This document shows positions 60,533 to 64,000 of a stretch of 64,000 nt of DNA, piece by piece; the first letter of the stretch is position 1, and each line of letters starts with the position of its first letter. The translations under genes and the position numbers were made by a program. Origin of the DNA: Octopus bimaculoides (Eukaryota); contig NC_068983.1 of assembly GCF_001194135.2 (NCBI RefSeq), positions 49,885,940 to 49,949,939 of the forward strand, read 5' to 3'. The notes under the pieces were generated by a model that saw nothing but the letters and a program-made list of their open reading frames with translations, ran no database searches and was not told the origin of the DNA.

Positions 60533-60655
60533 GCACAGGCATGGTGGTATGGTTAAGAAGAAACCCACTTTGTAACCAGATGGTCTCAGGTTCGGTTCCA
60601 TTGCATGTCACCTTGGGCAAGTAGTGCTTTCTAATATAGCCCTGGGCTGACCAAT
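60533..60655 (+). mobile_element. SINE family B head
   Basis: CAGGCATGGTGGTATGGTTAAG..GGTTCGGTTCC..CACCTTGGGCAAGT..TATAGCCCTGGGCTGACCAA. Confidence 0.8.
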
Positions 60656-61294
60656 TTGGGTGCCTTTTGTACTCGATGAGTCAAAGTTTTGCATGTGCAG
60701 CATGCTTTTCGTAAAGATGCATTCACAAGCAATACTATGTTCATGAAAAGCGAGCAGGTTCGAACCATACAGGTGATCCTTGTCTTTTCATAAGTGAGTG
60801 GTGTTGTGGGTCAGTGACATCTTCCTGATGTCAAATTACCTAGAAATGTAATGAAATCCATATAATTTCAATATTGTATGTGAAACAAATAATCTTTTAC
60901 GGTGCGACGTTTCTTTAGTTGTTCTGTATATATTCTTTCATTCTTTTATTTGTTTCAGTCATTTGACTGTGGCCATGCTGGAGCACCGCTGTTTAGTCGA
61001 ACAAATCAACCCCAGGACTTATTCTTTGTAAGCCTTAGTACTTATTCTATCAGCCTTGGAAAGGATAGAAGACTGAGTTGTTCTTGGAAAATTTTGTTTC
61101 TAGAATATAGGGAGCCAGAAGAAATGCAGCTAAAGTGTTTTTTCAAATTTTAGCACAAGATCAGTAATTTAAAGAGAAAGCAGGTGGGGGCTTGTCAATT
61201 ACGTCAATCCGAGTATTGAATTGATACTTATTTTATAAAGGCTATAAGGATAAAAGGAAATTACCTCACTGAAATTTGAACTCGGAATGTAAAG

Positions 61295-61635
61295 ATCATC
61301 ATCATCATTGTTTAACGTCCGCTTTCCATGCTAGCATGCATTGGATGATTTGACTGAGGACTGGTGGACCAGGTGGCTACACCAGGCTCCAATCTGATTT
61401 GGCAGTGTTTCTACAGCTGGATGCCCTTCCTAATGCCAACCACTCCGAGAGTGTAGTGGGTGCTTTTACATGCCACCGGCATGAAGGCCAGTCAGGCGGT
61501 ACTGGCAATGGCCACGCTCAAAATGATGTATTTTACGTGCCACCTGCACAGGAGCCAGTCAATTGGCACTGGCAACGATCTCGCTCGAATGTCTTACTGG
61601 CAACGGCCATGCTCAAAATGGTGTATTTTACGTAA
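61295..61635 (-). mobile_element. SINE family C
   Basis: CATCATTGTTTAACGTCCGCTTTCCATGCTAGC..GCTGGATGCCCTTCCTAATGCCAACCACTCCGAGAG..internal repeats. Confidence 0.9.
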
Positions 61636-62764
61636 AGCACTGTTTTCCAATACTGTTATGATTTCAATATACTTGTTCAATATACTAACTGTTCTACCAA
61701 TGTACTAACTGATCTGTCTGTGCACCTCCTTAGACTAACCAAAAAATAATAATTGCCATATGCAAAGCTTTTTGTCTTTCATTAAACGAGGAATCACCCC
61801 ACAGCTTTTTTTCTGGTGTCCACAAGCTTTTTTAGCTACTTTTACCATTAAAAAGTCTACAGTGTTATTACTAATTTATCACTTAGTATATGTATCTGGT
61901 CAAATTTTTCAATGGAAAAACTATGACTTGAAGCTATGACTTCATAGTAATAGCAGAGACAGAAGAACATTCAGTAAAATGGCCAGCAAGAAGGGAACTT
62001 AATATTTAGTGTGAAAAATAGCAATAATATTTGCTTTGGTAATTTTATCTTATCTTTAATTCATTTGTCTAAGTGTGTGCTTGCTATCATTCCTCATCAA
62101 ATTCAATTTCTAAGTGCTAAACAATAGTAGTTAAGTAAATTGTCAGTATAATTGGATTTCCTTTAGAGGATTTAGGTGCTCTGATAAGCAATGTTTCAAG
62201 ATTAATAGGATGCAATAATTTAAAGCACTTTAGGGAATTAACGTACTTGACACATTGCATCTTAGTAGGGAATTTAGTACAAGAAAATGGTGCAATTTTA
62301 ATAGGTTTAATATTCCCATTTGTTGCATTCACTACTATTAAGCACATCCATTTTGTTGGCTAGTTTGCTTGTCACAAGATATTGTCCACAATTGTTGTCA
62401 ACCATGATGATTAACTTTCTAAGAAACAGATAGTGAAGGACACATCAAATGAAAAGAGATAATGCTCTGAATCAGTTTGTGCTTTGTAATCCAGCCCTCT
62501 TTCTTGTCCCATCCTTGTTAACACTATGAAGGGTTGAGCCTGTGATCTTTAATAGTTTTAAGGAGGTTTATTAAACAACATGCAGCTGATTACAGAAAAT
62601 AATTAATTAAGCTTTCTTAAAGGATCACCTTGTTTAATATTAATATCAACGTGGTGAGGAGTTCTTAGTCAAAAAAATTTAATTATTAATTATTAGAAAC
62701 AGTGATGACTGAAAATTGTCCCTGTTAATGATTCAATTAAAATCTATAACTTAAAATCCTTTAA

Positions 62765-63710
62765 GATTTTGGCACAAGGCCTGCATTTTCGAAGAGGGAG
62801 AAGTTGGTTTTCAAGAAATCCAGTATTTGACTGGAATTTATTTCATTGACCCCACAAGGAAGAAAGGCAAAGCCAAGTGTGGTAGAATTTGAAACTAGTA
62901 AAGCGCTGGAAGAAATATTGCTCAGCATTTTGTCCAAAACATAAGGAATTCTGCCAGCTGGCAACCTTAAATATCTGAAACTTATAATCCTTTCTAATAT
63001 AGGCACAAGGCCTGAAGATTTTGATGAGGGGGACAGTTGATTATAATGACCCATTACTCAACTGGTACTTATTTTATCAACCCTGAAAGGACAAAAGGTA
63101 AAGTCGATCTTGGTGGAATCTGAACTCAGAATCTGTAGACAAAATGCTGCTAAGCTTTAATCCCAGCATGCTAAAGATTTTGCCAGCTCACTGCCTCATC
63201 TGTAACTTATAATAAAAAAAACTTTTGTATCAGCGATTTTATATCAATGTCGAATGGCTGAAATAATCCTTTCTACTAAAGGCACAAGGCCTGAAATTTG
63301 TGGGGAGGGGACTGGTTGCTTACATCAACCCCAGTATTTCACTGGTACCTAATTTATTGACCTCGAAAGGATGAAAGGCAAAGTCGACCTAGGCGGAATT
63401 TGAACTCAGAATGTGAAGACGGATGAAATACTACTAGGCATTTCACCCGGCCTGCTAAGCTAACAATTCTGCCAGCTCACCACCTTTAAAAAAGGGGCTG
63501 AAATAATAATCTTTCCTTATTTTAGAAAACAGCCAGCAAATTTGAGGGTTGGGGAAATCATCCTCCTGCTCATCTGGTACTTATTTTATTAACCCCAAAA
63601 AGGTGAAAGATGTCAACCTCAGCAGAATTTGATCTCAGAATGTAAAGACAGATGAAATACCAGCAAGTAGTTTGTCAGGTGAGCTAACAATTCTGCCAGC
63701 TAGTTGCTTT
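62765..63710 (-). mobile_element. Four consecutive same-orientation SINE family A copies
   Basis: GGCACAAGGCCTG at ~62771, ~63002 and ~63281; heads TTCTGCCAGCT at ~62948, ~63179, ~63467 and ~63691. Confidence 0.85.
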
Positions 63711-64000
63711 AATGACTGAAATAATAATAGCACATTAAACATGTAAATTTGAGTTCAAATCCTACCATGATGGATTTTACAGTGGTTTAATCTTCCTGTT
63801 TAATTTTCCTTTCCTTTTATGAAGCCACTTTTTACGATGTTCAACATTTCTATAGAAGATTCATTTTTCATCACCAGTCACAAGTCTATCCAAAAGTGGT
63901 GAAATGAGTTTGTGAGAATGGAAAGAAGAGCAGATGTCAACTCGGGATTTGCATTGCTTTCGGAGAATTCATGAGGCATCCATTTTCCAAGTTTAGGAAC

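Noticed and set aside
62130-62350. ~75-codon open frames on both strands
   Set aside because: No recognisable homology and no convincing splice pair.

Overview
AT-rich, gap-ridden eukaryotic DNA made almost entirely of microsatellites, three abundant SINE families and decayed transposons. The repeat content resembles an octopus/cephalopod genome; this is inference from recalled repeat sequences, not a database result. No host protein-coding gene, rRNA, true tRNA gene or CRISPR array can be supported. Almost all listed ORFs are translated microsatellites or run through N gaps. The recognisable coding remnants belong to mobile elements: restriction-like-endonuclease (R4/Dong-type) LINEs, an RTE LINE, Penelope-like GIY-YIG elements, a mariner derivative, a DD37D (maT) transposon and a Helitron end. 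The most interesting signal is RNA-level: several unrelated minimal type I hammerhead ribozyme (HHR) motifs with palindromic stem III. The best lies in a non-coding ~563-bp tandem unit at 23158-24190, with an intact catalytic core on both strands (retrozyme / Penelope-pLTR-like). Others lie in a small element at 46270 and in a tRNA-headed SINE at ~15000-15290. All alignments and folds were done by eye. Repeat boundaries are approximate (about +/-10-20 bp) unless motifs are quoted.
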